Shown: positions 26,401 through 39,668 of the stretch, in pieces | Layout of the letters: each line of letters opens with the position of its first letter | Numbering within the stretch: the first letter of the stretch is position 1 | Origin: Eledone cirrhosa | Lineage: Eukaryota | DNA: 64,000 bases | Direction: 5' to 3' | Assembly (NCBI GenBank): GCA_964016885.1 | Contig: OZ024744.1 | Location: 36,766,001-36,830,000 of the forward strand | The notes under the pieces: generated by a model | The model's database searches: none | What the model was told of the DNA's origin: nothing | What the model saw: only the letters and a program-made list of their open reading frames with translations | Translations under genes and position numbers: made by a program

Positions 26401-27044
26401 TAGACACTTAATAACTGGAGATATCTCAGCACTTATCAAAGAAAACATCTCCAAGAGTATAATCTTTGGTTCATACTTACATCTATCTGTGATAGAGTGT
26501 TATACTTCTTTGAAAGGCAAAGATCACACTTTACGTAGGGGACGTGTTTTCTAATCGCCTAATCAATTTTATGATTATCATAGTTTAAACTCCGGATATG
26601 TTTAGATAGCGAAATAATGTAGCATCTTTCTGAGTGTTTCAATGTAAACATGTTGCAAGATACTTTCACATTAACCCGTATATGGCTTTTTCATTGTTTC
26701 TAAGCAAGATATAGCTTAGCGCTGTACACTAATAGTTTAATATGACATATCACGTTGAAGGGACAATTAGTAAGAGTGTTATTATTAAATAGATGATGAG
26801 AATTATGTTTTGTATACATTGGAAACCTTTTCTGCTATTTGCATTGCCTGAAGCGAGACAATGTACATTGACAGAAAATCCAAGTGTGCACTGGCACACA
26901 CACACGCACATACATACACACACATGCACACGCACACGCAGACACAAACACACGCAATAAAATACATACACATACATATGTACACACACACACATATATA
27001 TATACGTACATACCTATATATATGTATGTATGTATATATATATA

Positions 27045-27083
<39 letters not shown>

Positions 27084-27126
27084 GAAAGTATAGAAATTAT
27101 TGTGAGCGTGAAGCCAACAGTATTTC

Positions 27127-27198
<72 letters not shown>

Positions 27199-27276
27199 TA
27201 TATATATATATTTATATATAAATTAATAAAAACAATGAAATAAAAACAAAGAACAGATTCCTTATATTTAAAAAAT

Positions 27277-27412
27277 CATCATTTTACGATCGTTTCTGGG
27301 ATATTTGTGTTGGTATGTATATCATATTAAAGATCTATGTAAAAAAAATATTACAAATTATCAGAGGAGATATACATACCTTCACTTATATATGCCATCT
27401 TCAGAAATGATG
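27277..27412 (-). ncRNA. Type I HHR with a large stem II insertion (PLE-3 sense copy)
   Basis: Reverse complement of 29281-29422; core and stems I/III intact. Confidence 0.8.
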
Positions 27413-28190
27413 AAGTATGTTTATTGAAAGAAAGTATTAATACAAAAATCTGTTTGGGAACAGGTTTTGAATTTACCAATAGAAAAGTTAGAGGTCAAGT
27501 TGATAGAATAACTGTAGTAGAAATGTTATGCTAGGAGTGGAGGAATGTAAATTTATGCTTTGAATGAAAAGAATGAGGAAGAGAAAGGTAGGAGTTAAAA
27601 TGAGATCAAGTTAATGAGATAGTGAAGGATCAGCCCCCCCCCCCCCCCCCCCAAAAAAAAAAACCAAAAAAAATTTGATGTTATTAAAGAATGTTGGTAA
27701 AAGCATAGGGAAAATAATTTTATGTGGGATGAGTGTGTTAGTGAGAAATACTAATCTTGTTTAAATGTTAACGAACCTAGATACATAAAAGGAAATTAAA
27801 TTAATTGATAGGTATACTTACAGAGTTAAAATTATATTAATTCTTATGGATGTGATAAATATAAAAGTAAAAGTAATTTAAGAAAAAAAGAAAAAATATA
27901 TATAGAAAGATTGAAATAGATAACATTTTATAAAAAGTAGTGTATCTATCTAAACAACCGTAATATTAAAGATATTAATTATATTTACTATCCTAGGTAT
28001 TGAATGTTATCGATAGGGGATGCGGTTAAAAGATGTAGTGAGGTTAAAGATAACTTAAGGTAAAGTGAGCTGCAAGAGGGAAATAAAATTATGAAATTCT
28101 TTGTAGTAAATATTTAATTATAGGTTAACTAACTTTAAAAAAATTATAATAATTTGTAGAATATAAGAGTGAGGTACATATTAATTAAGT

Positions 28191-28965
28191 TTATATTATT
28201 TGAAGGTTTTTTCTAATCCTATGATTGCATGATATAATTAATAGGATATCATTAGATTTCAGGATTTCAAATAGTTCTTGGGAGCATAACCTACACTCAT
28301 ATCTACTATTTTGATAAGGAGTGGCCCTTTTGCGCACGCTCCAGGTCAGGTTATAATCAATATTCTTCTTTCTATAATTATTAATTGCTTCAGCCAAGAA
28401 GGTTGTATTAGCTAATGCGGCATTTTTAAAACTATATTTGTGGGTATTAAATCTTACTTTAAATTGGTTAGACGTAGCCCCTATATAGGATTGAGTGGAG
28501 TCCTTAGTTAAAATACACATGTATAGACTATATTATTAGTAAGACAATTTCCCTTTAATGGGAAATTTCTTTTGATTCTACAGTTACAGCCATTCGTAAA
28601 TATTGTGTCAGGAGAGTTAATTGTGTTATCTATAGTGGTATTAGTGTTACTATATTCATTAATGTATGGTTTATAATGGTTTGTAATTAGATTAGTATGG
28701 TTAGACAGGTTGTTGGTGGGTGACAGTTTAGGGGATGTGGAGCTAGTAGAACTCTGTTTGTTTTGGAGATTATTAGTCAAAGTTGGTGTGGAGTTTACGG
28801 GACCTATTATAGGTGAAGAAGAAGGTGGTTTATTTAGGTTTACTTTAGTATTATTATGGTTGGTTTGATGTATTGGTGGTATATTTATGGGTTTTTTACA
28901 CTTATATGTGTTGTACGAACTTATATTTTTGGTAGTAGAGTAGGAAAATTTGACAGTAGATCTAT
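28191..28965 (-). pseudogene. PLE-3 linker plus GIY-YIG endonuclease
   Basis: TVKFSYS..KNI, CNCR....PL.GNCL.NNIVY, SYIGATSNQFKVRFNTHK.SF, W.V...A.PY, CRLC.QE. Confidence 0.85.
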
Positions 28966-29280
28966 TTCTCACTAACACTCTGATCCCACATAAAATTCTT
29001 TTCCCTATGCTTTTAACAACATGTTTTAATAACATCAATTTTTTTTTTTGGGGGGGGGGGAATCCTTCACTATCTCATTGACTTGTCCTCATTTTAACCC
29101 CTACCTTTCTCTTCCCCATTCTTTTCATTTAAAGCATGCATTTATATTCCTCCACTCCTAGCATAACATTTCTACTACGGTTATTCTATCAACTTGACCT
29201 CTAACTTTTCTATTGGTAAATTCAAAACCTGTTCCCAAACAGACATTTTGTATTAATACTTTCTTTCAATAAACATACTT

Positions 29281-29422
29281 CATCATTTCTGAAGATGGCA
29301 TATATAAGTGAAGGTATGTATATCTCCTCTGATAATTTGTAATATTTTTTTTACATAGATCTTTAATATGATATACATACCAACATACACATATATATCC
29401 CAGAAACGATCGTAAAATGATG
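29281..29422 (+). ncRNA. Type I HHR with a large stem II insertion (PLE-3 inverted copy)
   Basis: Stem I CAUCAUUU/AAAUGAUG, CUGAAGA, stem II UGG.AUAUAUA/UAUAUAU.CCA, GAAA, palindromic stem III CGAUCG, GUA triplet. Confidence 0.82.
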
Positions 29423-29618
29423 ACTTTTTACTATAAGGAACCTGTTCTTTGTTTTTATTTCATTGTTTTTATTAATTTATTTTGACTCTGTTTTCCTATG
29501 ATTTTTATCGTTAAATTTTGAATACATTTTCTCTTTTCATGATATCTTCTATATTTGGATTACATTGAGTTCTTCACACGGATTGGACACTACCGTTTAT
29601 TTTGGTAGATTTATCTAC

Positions 29619-29695
<77 letters not shown>

Positions 29696-30070
29696 GAGAG
29701 AGTTACATACACACGCAAGCGCAAACAACAAACCCACAACAAACACACTTATAACTGTCACCTTTTTACAGCATTTGTACATAGTTGCATTTCCTTTGTA
29801 CGCTTTATTCATTAATGAATGGAATACACATATATAAACATATATATTCCCTTTACCAAATCCATTTGATTTGATTTTTCATCGCAAATGGTGTTTTATT
29901 TAATATTATATTAATAGTTTGAGCGTGAGCATGGATAATATCATGAGTCGTTTAATAAAAGACAGATGTAGTAAATTTATTTACTTTTATTAATATATTT
30001 ACCTGCTGTTACAGTTACAAACATATACTCCCAAATGTACCTCTCATACAGCAGATAAACACTTTAATGG

Positions 30071-30502
30071 TAATAATGGGTTCTGATTTAGGGACAAGGC
30101 CAACAATTTGAAGGGTAGGGAAAGTCGATTAAATCGACCTCAGTGCATTACTGGTTCTTTATTTTATCGAACCAGTAAGAATAAAAGGCAAAGCTAACCT
30201 CGACGGGATTTGAATTCAGAACTTAATGGGCTGCAACTCTATACCTCAAAGCATATTGTCCAACGCTCTACCGATTCTGGCAATCCACTACTCTAGTAGT
30301 AATAATGATTTTTACTACAGACACAAGGCCAGCAATTTTGGGGGAGAGGAAAGTCCATTTAATCGACCTCTGGTGCTTTATTCTGCCAACCCGTAAGGAA
30401 GAAAGGCAAAGTTAACCTCAGCGGGATTTGAACTCAGACCGTAAAGTGGTGTAACTCTATGCTACAAATCATGGCGTCCGACCCTCTACCTACACTGCCA
30501 AT
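30071..30502 (-). mobile_element. Two tandem SINE family A copies (30071-30290, 30301-30502)
   Basis: Each has a tail, core, B box and A box on the minus strand. Confidence 0.85.
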
Positions 30503-32276
30503 GATAACAACCAGCCGTATGTTTCGATACGTTTAGGAAAATGTTTGCTTATGTGTTTGCAAGCTTCATCCAAACTTCGATCGTTTGGACATTTAAAAAG
30601 TGAAAGTAAAACATTGCGCATTGCCGTCTTTGCTAATGGGAGAGTGTTAAGTGAAGGAAAACACAAGATCAAGAAAAGGAAACATCAAAAATATGATGAG
30701 AAACAATAAAAAATAAATAACAAATCACACGTTCTGTTATAAGAGAAAGCCAAAGAACGGGATATATAAGTGCTGAGAAAGTATAAGCTCTGAGGAAGTA
30801 CAGTTAATTAGTTGATTAAACAACTAACTGATGGTTTATTTACCTGATTAATAGTAGATCTGAAGTGAAACTAAACCAATGCGTATGTTCTGATTGAAAA
30901 TATGACACATTCAAATTACAACAATATCACTTGCAACATACGATTTTACATTCATAATATTGCAAAAAATAAAAATAAAAAAGAAGATATACGATTGAAG
31001 TAAAGATATATATATTTTCTAGAATTTTCTTTAACAACTGTTGAAATTGTTTTCTCACATGACTGTGAAACATGGATATTCACACATAATCTTGAAAATC
31101 GTTTTGCAATATACTTCCGTCTGCTACGGCTGATTTTCGTCTTCAGTTCGAAGAGCCACACTGTCATCACATAACTTTATGGTGTTCTGGCAAAGTTAAC
31201 TGAACGAAATAGCTCAGATTTCAGTTGATACGTCACTCTGTTAGAAATCCCGAAGAAATAAGCTCAAATGTTGGTATATAGCGGACAGTGCAGAGACGGA
31301 TTAATCTTGTGAGATAAACAACTAGCTTCATTGACATATTTTAAAAAATACACCATACTGAAGACTGTCCTTCAATATAAACGGTGATAGTGATGCATGA
31401 TATCTGGCATAACATCTGATTCGATCGGAAGATATGCTGAAAAAAGGATGACATACAAATGACGAGATAGTAAATGCTCGAAAACTTTTATTATAGAGCT
31501 GCTTATTAAGGGTTGGTCTAGAACAATTGAACCAACACGGAGGCTATATTTTGTTGTTTGCTAAAAATAACAGGCGAAACTTTCCTAGAATAATCCTCTG
31601 GTGTCGTAAAAAAAGGAACAACAACAACAACAACAACACTAACAACAACGGCACATTAGATAATTAACTATTATGTATTCCATGTTTGAAGCAAAAAGAT
31701 ATGATCAGAGTAGTGGGTGCCTTTGATTATAAATCATTTCAACCAGGGCTCATCAGATAGCTAAATAGAAACACAAATAAATACTGAAATAAAACGTAGT
31801 GATGGTAGTGGTTGCTGATGGTGATGTTGTTGATGATGAGAAGGTGATAGAGGATAATTATGACGTTTATTGCGACCATAATGATACGGATCAGAGGTGG
31901 GAGAAAAAGCAGACGAGGAAAAGGACAACGATGAAATTTGTATACCACCAGCTCATACGGAATGAGTGGACATGAAAGAAAGCATTATAGGGATGACTCT
32001 TCTGTATTTTATATATTTAGTTCAATCATTACTTTCTTTTTTGTATGGCTGTAAGTTGTAGGATGTTACCAACGATTTCTAACGTGGGATGATCTCGGAT
32101 ATCATTCGATAAGTTTTTGATCTTGTTAATGAGCTGAGTAAAAGAGGCGGACGATAGCCAGGCAGAAACTAGCAGATGATGAAGGCGACATTGTTCATAA
32201 TGATCGCAGGGATTAGGATGATAATCGCCATTATATTCATGAAGAATATGATGGTGATCACGATGTTGGCGATGAC

Positions 32277-32441
32277 GTCGGACGCCATACTTTGACGCAT
32301 ATAGTTACGGCCCTTTCCATTCTGAGTTCAAATCCCACCCAGGTTAACTTTGCTTTTTATCCTTACGGGTTCGATAAAATAATGTACCAGTAATGTACTG
32401 GGTAACTCCTGGCCTTGTGCCAAATGTAGAAATAATTATTA
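32277..32441 (+). mobile_element. SINE family A
   Basis: cggacgccat...gagttcaaatccc, core and tail. Confidence 0.85.
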
Positions 32442-32740
32442 TTAATATATATTTTTTTTTTTTGTTAGGAAGAATTAGAGCAGGTGATATTTTCCAAAAG
32501 CCTTGAGTTAATCTATGTCCTGTAAATGGAAATTGCTAGACGGTAATTGAATGGAAGCTCGTCGTACATGCACACAAGCACACAAGCACACTCATACCTA
32601 CACATAAACACAAGGGCCGTGCATATACGCACATACACATACACGCATGCATATATATATTTATGTATTTACATATATGTGTGTGTGTGTATGAATATAT
32701 ATATAGAGAGATAGATATAAATGAGCATGCATGTATTTGA

Positions 32741-32825
<85 letters not shown>

Positions 32826-33120
32826 TATATATAAATATATATACTTATATGTACGTCAATACTCATCTTTTTCCATTTCTCCGAGGGTTCTTAACCCCAC
32901 TATCAGGCTAAATAATTTCTTTAATTTCTTTAGTATAAATACGGCGATAGCTTACATTTCTAATAATTTCAAACCAACTCGCTGTTTCGAAAATTTTCTT
33001 ACATACATATATACATCTACACACAAACACACACACATATATATATATATATCCAGAAATCGCCGTCGAAACGGCTTGAGGTCTGCCGTCAGGGTCATAC
33101 TTGTTCGTATATATATATAT

Positions 33121-33748
33121 ATAATTGAATAAACAAGAGAGATGAAAACTAATATGAACATACATGTGTTCGAATCGTAAGGACCAAATTTGCTAGGGTG
33201 AAAAAATACTAACTACAGCAATATGGTTTGTTATCCTCAACTTTAAATATTAAATTAAGAAAAATTAAGAAAAATAACAGAGCTATATTGGGCAAAACAC
33301 CTGGTAACAACTAGACAGTATTGGAGATTGTTTCGCAACGACTTATTAAGTGAAGTTTTCACGTTTCTCTGCTCCTCAGTAGTTGTTGAGAAATTAGTGA
33401 TCCTTTCACTTCTAAAAATATTAGAGAATGAATTGTGTACGATATGAATTATCTCACGTGTGATTCGGAACCCAACCTGTCTTGAAATTCCCTGCCGCTA
33501 AAAATACCAGCCTGGCTGACAGGACATTAAAAATTAGCTCTACATGATGGAGCCGACAAATATATATTGAGTTAAGAACTCTTACAATTAAATAGCTCTA
33601 AGAAAAAAGCTTTTGCGAGCCGGACAATATAATTGAATAAACAAGACTAATATAATTGAATAAACAAGACTAATATAAAGATGCATGTGTTCGAATCGTA
33701 AGGACCAAATTTATTTATTCAATTATATTGTTTATTCAATTATATTGT
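33121..33748 (-). mobile_element. Terminally redundant non-coding unit of about 520 bp with one HHR (retrozyme-like or solo PLE pLTR)
   Basis: Direct repeat ataattgaataaacaaga...gttcgaatcgtaaggaccaaattt at 33121-33191 and 33652-33712; short inverted copies at 33715-33748; left end abuts (TA)n. Confidence 0.6.
33306..33387 (-). ncRNA. Canonical type I hammerhead ribozyme
   Basis: Stem I AACAACUA/UAGUUGUU, CUGAGGA, stem II GCA/UGC, GAAA, stem III ACA/UGU with an 11-nt loop, GUC triplet. Confidence 0.88.
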
Positions 33749-33929
33749 ATGCATGCATGTGTAGATATGGATGTTATTGCATGTGTGGATGTGAATGTTT
33801 TGAGTTGTATCTCTACATGTGTATATGCAGTTATTAGATGCCGAATTTTTGTAATGCTTTACATATTTTTACTGATCCATTAATGGATTGAACTTGTAAT
33901 TTCCGAACTAATATGTATGTATATGTATG

Positions 33930-36900
33930 TTCTTTTGGTTTTATAATTCCACAAAGTTTGACCAATAGAGAGAGAGAGTCGGTTTCTAACATAGACACAA
34001 GACTTTCTCATTGGAATTTACACAACATCAACTAGGTAGATATGTATGTATGAATGCATGTGTAGATATGGATGTTATTGTATGTGTGGATGTGGATGTT
34101 ATTGTATGTGTGGATGTGGATGTTTTGAGTTGTATGTGTGCATGTGTATATGCTTTGTATCTGTACATGTGTATATGCAGTTATTAGATGCAACATTTTT
34201 GGAATGTTTTACATATTTTTACTGTTCCATTAATGGATTGTAGTTGTAATTTCCTAACTAGTTGTGTTCTTTCTGTTCCTGTGAAACCTAGCTTCTCAAG
34301 ATTTGTATTGAGGCAGTTACTAACATAACCCAGTGCCCCAACAATCACAGGCATATATCTGAAGGTGTAATCAGGGTGGAGTATCTGCAGATTTCTCATC
34401 AGTTCTGCATAAATATTCTCCTTTTCACTAATCTTTGATATTATATTGGCATCTGCTGGGCAGCTAATTTCCACGACTGTGCATGTTTTCTTCTCCCTGT
34501 CCCATATCATATCTGGTCTGTTATGCCTGCATTTTATTGGGGTTTTTACTGGAACATTCCACCAGTACTCTTTCATATTATGTACATGGATGTCTTCCAC
34601 ATTGTTGTAGCTTTTAATGTGTTTATTATCGGGGCTATCTTTTTTACGAACTGCATTGTACAGTGTTTTGGCCACTACATCATTCCTCATAGGTTGATAG
34701 TACCGCGATGACATCTTTGGGCAGCTGCTGATGACATGGGTGATATCCTCGTTGTTAGTTCTGCAGAGTCTGCACTTGTTATCATATCTAGGTGTTTTGC
34801 CTGCATCCCTATCTCTTTTGTGAATCAGGTATTTCGTGCTAATCTCCTGTTCTTGGATTGCAAAAGCGTATCCTTCAAAGTGGGAGCCAATATAGCGGTT
34901 GTTGGTCCAAGATAGACTACTTTCCTTATCTATATTACTCTCACTCTGGAGCTTCCTGGCAACATATCCATGCATGATTTTTTTTGCTGATAGGCATGCA
35001 GTTTTTCATCCATGGATTCACTGCGATACTGCTGAGCGACTTCCCTGGGTGTGAGTTTTTGATTATCACACAGGGAATATCTCTTGAGGAGTTCCTTCCC
35101 AACTCTCATTATCTTATCTGTTTCATGCAGATAGACTTGCTCGAGAAGCGGGCTTCTACGCTTCGAGGTTCGTAGATGTTGTCGGAGAGATATGATGCGA
35201 CATTCAAATGTTGTCTGGACTGATGTTAGGCCTCTGCCTCCCTGCTTACGTTTCAAGTAAATGCGGTCTATGTCACTGTTGATGTGGAAGTTTCCGGTGT
35301 TGTTCAGTATTTTTCGAGTTCCAACATCAACTGCTCGGATTTCGTCTATCGTCCAATTGAGTATTCCAAGCGTTGGTGTTAGGACAGGCACAGCAAACAC
35401 ATTGTGAGCCACTGTTTTGTTTTGTGCAGAGAGTTCCGATGACCAGATCTTTCTTAATCGGGTGTCGTATTCCCTGGTTACGCGTTCTTTATTACAGATA
35501 CCATTATAGGATATGTTCTCATCTATCCCCAGGTATCTGTAGCAGTCCTCATCAGATATCGGTGAAACAGTTAGACCATTGATGACAATGTTGCTAGATT
35601 GGGTTGTTGTTTTTCCCCGCTTTACAGTCATGTATGAGCATTTATCTTGGCCAAACTCCATTCCTATAACCTTTGAGAACGTTGTAACCAGGTCAAGATT
35701 TTGCTTCATCCCATCTATGTTCTTGGCATAGAGTTTCAGATCGTCCACAAAGAATGGTTATGGGTTAGGTTCGTATTTCTGTCGTCCTGTGAGCCAATGA
35801 TGTATCCTTTACATTTCTTGAGCAGAAAGGACAAGGTGTTTAATGACAAGATGAACAATATCACAGAGAGACTGTCCCTCTGAAATATACCCCTGCAATA
35901 TTTTAATTTATCAGTGAAAATAGAGTCCCCCCCCTCTCTGTCTTTAACCTTAGGATAGTAGCCCAAGAAGAAGACAGCCTCTCTATGGCTCGGACAATAA
36001 TGTCTTGGACTTTAGCAAGTTGGAGGGCCTCTATCATCCAAAAGTGGGGAACAGAATCGAAAGCTTTCTTGTAGTCCAGCCAGACTGTATTCATATTCCT
36101 CCTAAGTTGTCTCACCTCCGACATCGCAGTTTTGTTGATTAGAAGTTGTTCAGCACATCCCCAAACCCTTTTCTTTACAGCTGCTTGTTCATCTGTGATG
36201 ATGTTATCATTTTCACAGTGATCTTGGAGGAATAGGTTCAGGCAGGCTGTATACATCTTATACATTAGATTCTGGCATGCAATGGGTCGGTAGTTTTTTG
36301 CCTAGTGGGTGTCTTTGTTCTTGGGGACCAGTAACGTTTGTACTAATGTCAACCATTCTGGTATAAGTGTATCTCCCTTAAGAACTTGTTGGTAGAGGTC
36401 AGTAAGATACCTCCGATAGAATATTAGTTTTTTGTACCAGTAACCGACAATCATGTCTCTTCCTGGTGTTTTCTTATCTTGGAATTTTCCTACCACAGTC
36501 TCAAGGGTACCCTCACTTATTTCGTATGTTTTTGTTGTAGTGTAAGAGTAATAGTTCTTTCGGATTTCTCTTAGCCACACTGAATCTTGATTGAAATTCT
36601 TCTTTTCACCCCATATTTTTCTCCAAAAGCAATCTATGTCTTTCTGGGATGGGGCCTCAGTGATACTTATTATTTTGTTCTTCAAATCTCTATAGACTGA
36701 TGTTTGGTTTCGTCTGAATCTTTTATTAAGCACTTTTCTCTCATCTACCTCCTTCAAGTATCGGCGTTTTTCGCTAACAGCTCTCAATTCTTGTTTGAGG
36801 GTGATCAGCTTATATTGGACAGTTTTGATTCTACTGTTACCAAACATCGTCTCTATTTTATTTTTCACTCTTTGTTTGTGAGGAGTGAGGTTTTTTTGTG

Positions 36901-38085
36901 TTTGTTTGCATGTAAGGAGCATTGTCACATGTCCTATGTTTTTTCGTAGGTCAGCACTCTTTTTTTCTAATTTAGTTATATATGATGGTATTTTTGGTGG
37001 TGTTTTGTTCTTGTTAATATCTCTGCTATCACCAGGATAATGCTTGACTGTCATTGCTAAGGCATACAAACAGGCATTGATTTGCCAAAATGTTGGGGTT
37101 TTTATGCGTCCTAAATATTCATCCCCTATTTCATCAATAACACGTAGTATTTCATTATTTGGTTTTTTATTCACCATTGTCATTTTAAAACGTTCAGCCA
37201 GAGAGATATTTATACATGAATTAATTTCTCTCTGGAAGATTTCGTTGTAGGAAATTTTCAATTGTTTATACTTTTGATTATAATTATCGATAGTATTTTC
37301 CACAACAGTCGAGGTAGACTCGGATGGTATACGTGGTGTCACATTTATTCGATTATTATTATTATTTCCTCGATTATTATTATTATCGATAGTGTTTTCC
37401 CCAGCATTCGAGGTAGACTTAGATTGTACAGGTGGTGTCAAGTTTCTTACAGGCATAGTTGTTTCAAGGCGCTGTTCGACTTGGCTGCTAGGAAGTTTAG
37501 TAGCATGGCGATCTGTAGCACGTGTTGTTGATTCCATGTTTGTTGTGGGGGACTTACAATTAATAATATTTATCTTATTTTTACGTTCAACAAACGTCGC
37601 TTGTTGGCGTAATTGTTTCGCTGTGAAATAATTTAGCTCTGGGTGCATTTCGTCCCAGTGTAGCTTCATTCTATTCATATAGCCAATGGAGAGATTGTTT
37701 TTTGCCATTTTATAACAATTAAATAAATCATTATTAAGTTCGCAACTCCAAGAGAAATGCGATTTATAATTTCGGTTTCTTCTGTAGCTACAACTGAATA
37801 AAGTTTGATTACCTTCTTTGTTATTTGTCTTCGATAATTCCTTAATTTTTTTGTTGATGTTGTGTTCAGCCATGCTGTTTGTAGCAAATCCTTGTAAAAT
37901 GAATTATGTATTTAGTCGGATATCTCTACGAATTCGAATAAAAGATGTCTTCAGAAGGGATAGTTAGAAGAATAACCAGTTATTCAACCTGGCTGTAGTT
38001 TTGGCATTACTGTCGGAGATAGTATTCATCTTAAATTTAATAAATAGTCTCCCACGCCAAAATATGCGACTGATCGCGTTGACTG
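33930..38085 (-). mobile_element. R4/Dong-clade non-LTR retrotransposon (restriction-like endonuclease), near full length
   Basis: Single fragmented ORF with RT, a CCHC knuckle and a PD-(D/E)xK nuclease; both ends abut (TATG)n. Confidence 0.88.
34184..37873 (-). pseudogene. RT plus CCHC plus restriction-like endonuclease polyprotein (frameshifted)
   Basis: WLDYKKAFDSVPH, GIFQRDSLS, MDDLKLY, GMEFGQDKC, YRYLGI, R.YLKRKQGGRGL, CRLC....EDITHVISSC, RNDVVA, HNRPD...VEISCP...K..EK..Y. Confidence 0.92.
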
Positions 38086-38221
38086 ATGTATGTATGTATG
38101 TAAGTATGTATGTATATGCATGTATGTATATATATATATGTATGTATGTATATATATATATATGTATGTTTGTATAAATATATGTATGCATGTATATATG
38201 TATGTATGTATATATGTATGT

Positions 38222-38792
38222 ATAATTTCACAAATTTCTAACATAGATACAAGACTCTCTCATTGGAATTTACACAACATCAACTAGGTAGATATGTATG
38301 CATGTTTGCATGCATGCATGTGTGTGCAGGTATAGAAGTTATTGTATGTGTGCATAAATATTCTCCTTTTCGCTAATTTTTTATATTGTATTGGTATTTG
38401 CTGGGCAGCTAACCTCCACTACTATGCATGCCTTCTTCTCCCTGTCCCATATCATAATATCTGGTCTCTTATGCCTGCACATTATTGGGGTTTTTACTGG
38501 AACATTCCACCAGTTCTCCTTCATATTATGTATATGTATAGCTTCCACATTGTTGTAGCTTTTAATGTGTTTATTATCGGGGCTATCTTTTCTACGGATT
38601 GCATTGTACTGTGTTTTGGCTCTACATCATGCCTCATAGGTAGATAGTACCGCGATGGCATCTTTGGACAGCTGCTGATGACATGGGTGACATCTTCGAT
38701 GCTAATTCTGCAGAGTCTGCACTTGTTATCACATTTAGGTGTTTTACATATCTATCTCTTTTGTGAATCAGGTATTTCGTGTTGATTTCCTG
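38222..38792 (-). mobile_element. Rearranged second fragment of the R4/Dong-like element (nuclease region plus 3' UTR piece)
   Basis: 38347-38792 matches about 34405-34850; 38235-38340 matches the 3' UTR; flanked by TATG-rich repeats. Confidence 0.82.
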
Positions 38793-39323
38793 TGGTGTAT
38801 GTATGCATTTATGTCTATGTATGTATGTATATATGTATGTATATATGTATATTTTCATGTATATATGTATATATATATGTATGCTTGTATATATGTATTG
38901 TGTATATGTGTATGAAAGTATACACGCACGCATGCACTTGTAAACGTTTGGTTGTTGTTTCTAGTAAATTGACTCATCACATAGATACGATATATCTGAT
39001 GGTCATTTCATTTATTCATTTTATTTTCATTTGAAATGAATCAATTACATGATTAAAGCAACAGTCAGAAGTAGTAGGTAACTCACATTCTACGTCTTAA
39101 TAAAAATGGAATAGTTTAATGCTGCATATACACTTAAACAGACAGGGTGCTTATGGCCGAAATGGTTCTGATAAATGACACTCCCTCGAAACATGGTATT
39201 TCCACACAAAATTCAACGATCATCATATACAGGCTCACCTTCGTTTGTATGTATGTATGTATGTATGTATGTATGTATGTATGTATGTATGTATGTATGT
39301 GTGTATGTATATATATATACATG

Positions 39324-39397
<74 letters not shown>

Positions 39398-39627
39398 TAA
39401 GTATGTATACGTACATACATATATGTATACCGACGTACAGTAGTATGTATATATATACATACATGAAAGAGTGAGAAATGAAATTTCATTTCATTCTTTT
39501 CCATTTATCGTTTTCGGTACACCCAGCCGTCTAACTCACTCGATATGCAAATTAGGCTGCTCAGCCGTTAATATGCATAAGGAAAGTATATACTGTCAAA
39601 CGTTCAGTCATCTGACAGGAAGGTATA

Positions 39628-39668
39628 CGATGCTGACGATAGCTAATAAGCTTGAAACTAGTTCATGG
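39628..39668 (+). ncRNA. Minimal type I HHR-like motif
   Basis: Stem I AUG/CAU, CUGACGA, stem II AGC/GCU (U-U closing mismatch), GAAA, palindromic stem III CUAG, GUU triplet. Confidence 0.5.

Larger units (their letters stand above)
27218..29480 (-). mobile_element. Penelope-like element PLE-3 (Naiad-like), 5'-truncated, with about 0.53-kb inverted arms
   Basis: 27218-27750 is inverted relative to 28964-29480; GIY-YIG ORF between the arms; left end abuts (TA)n. Confidence 0.88.

Noticed and set aside
31725-31762. Minus-strand CUGAUGA-GCCCUGGUU-GAAA
   Set aside because: The stem II loop is too small and there is no convincing stem I or III; probably chance.
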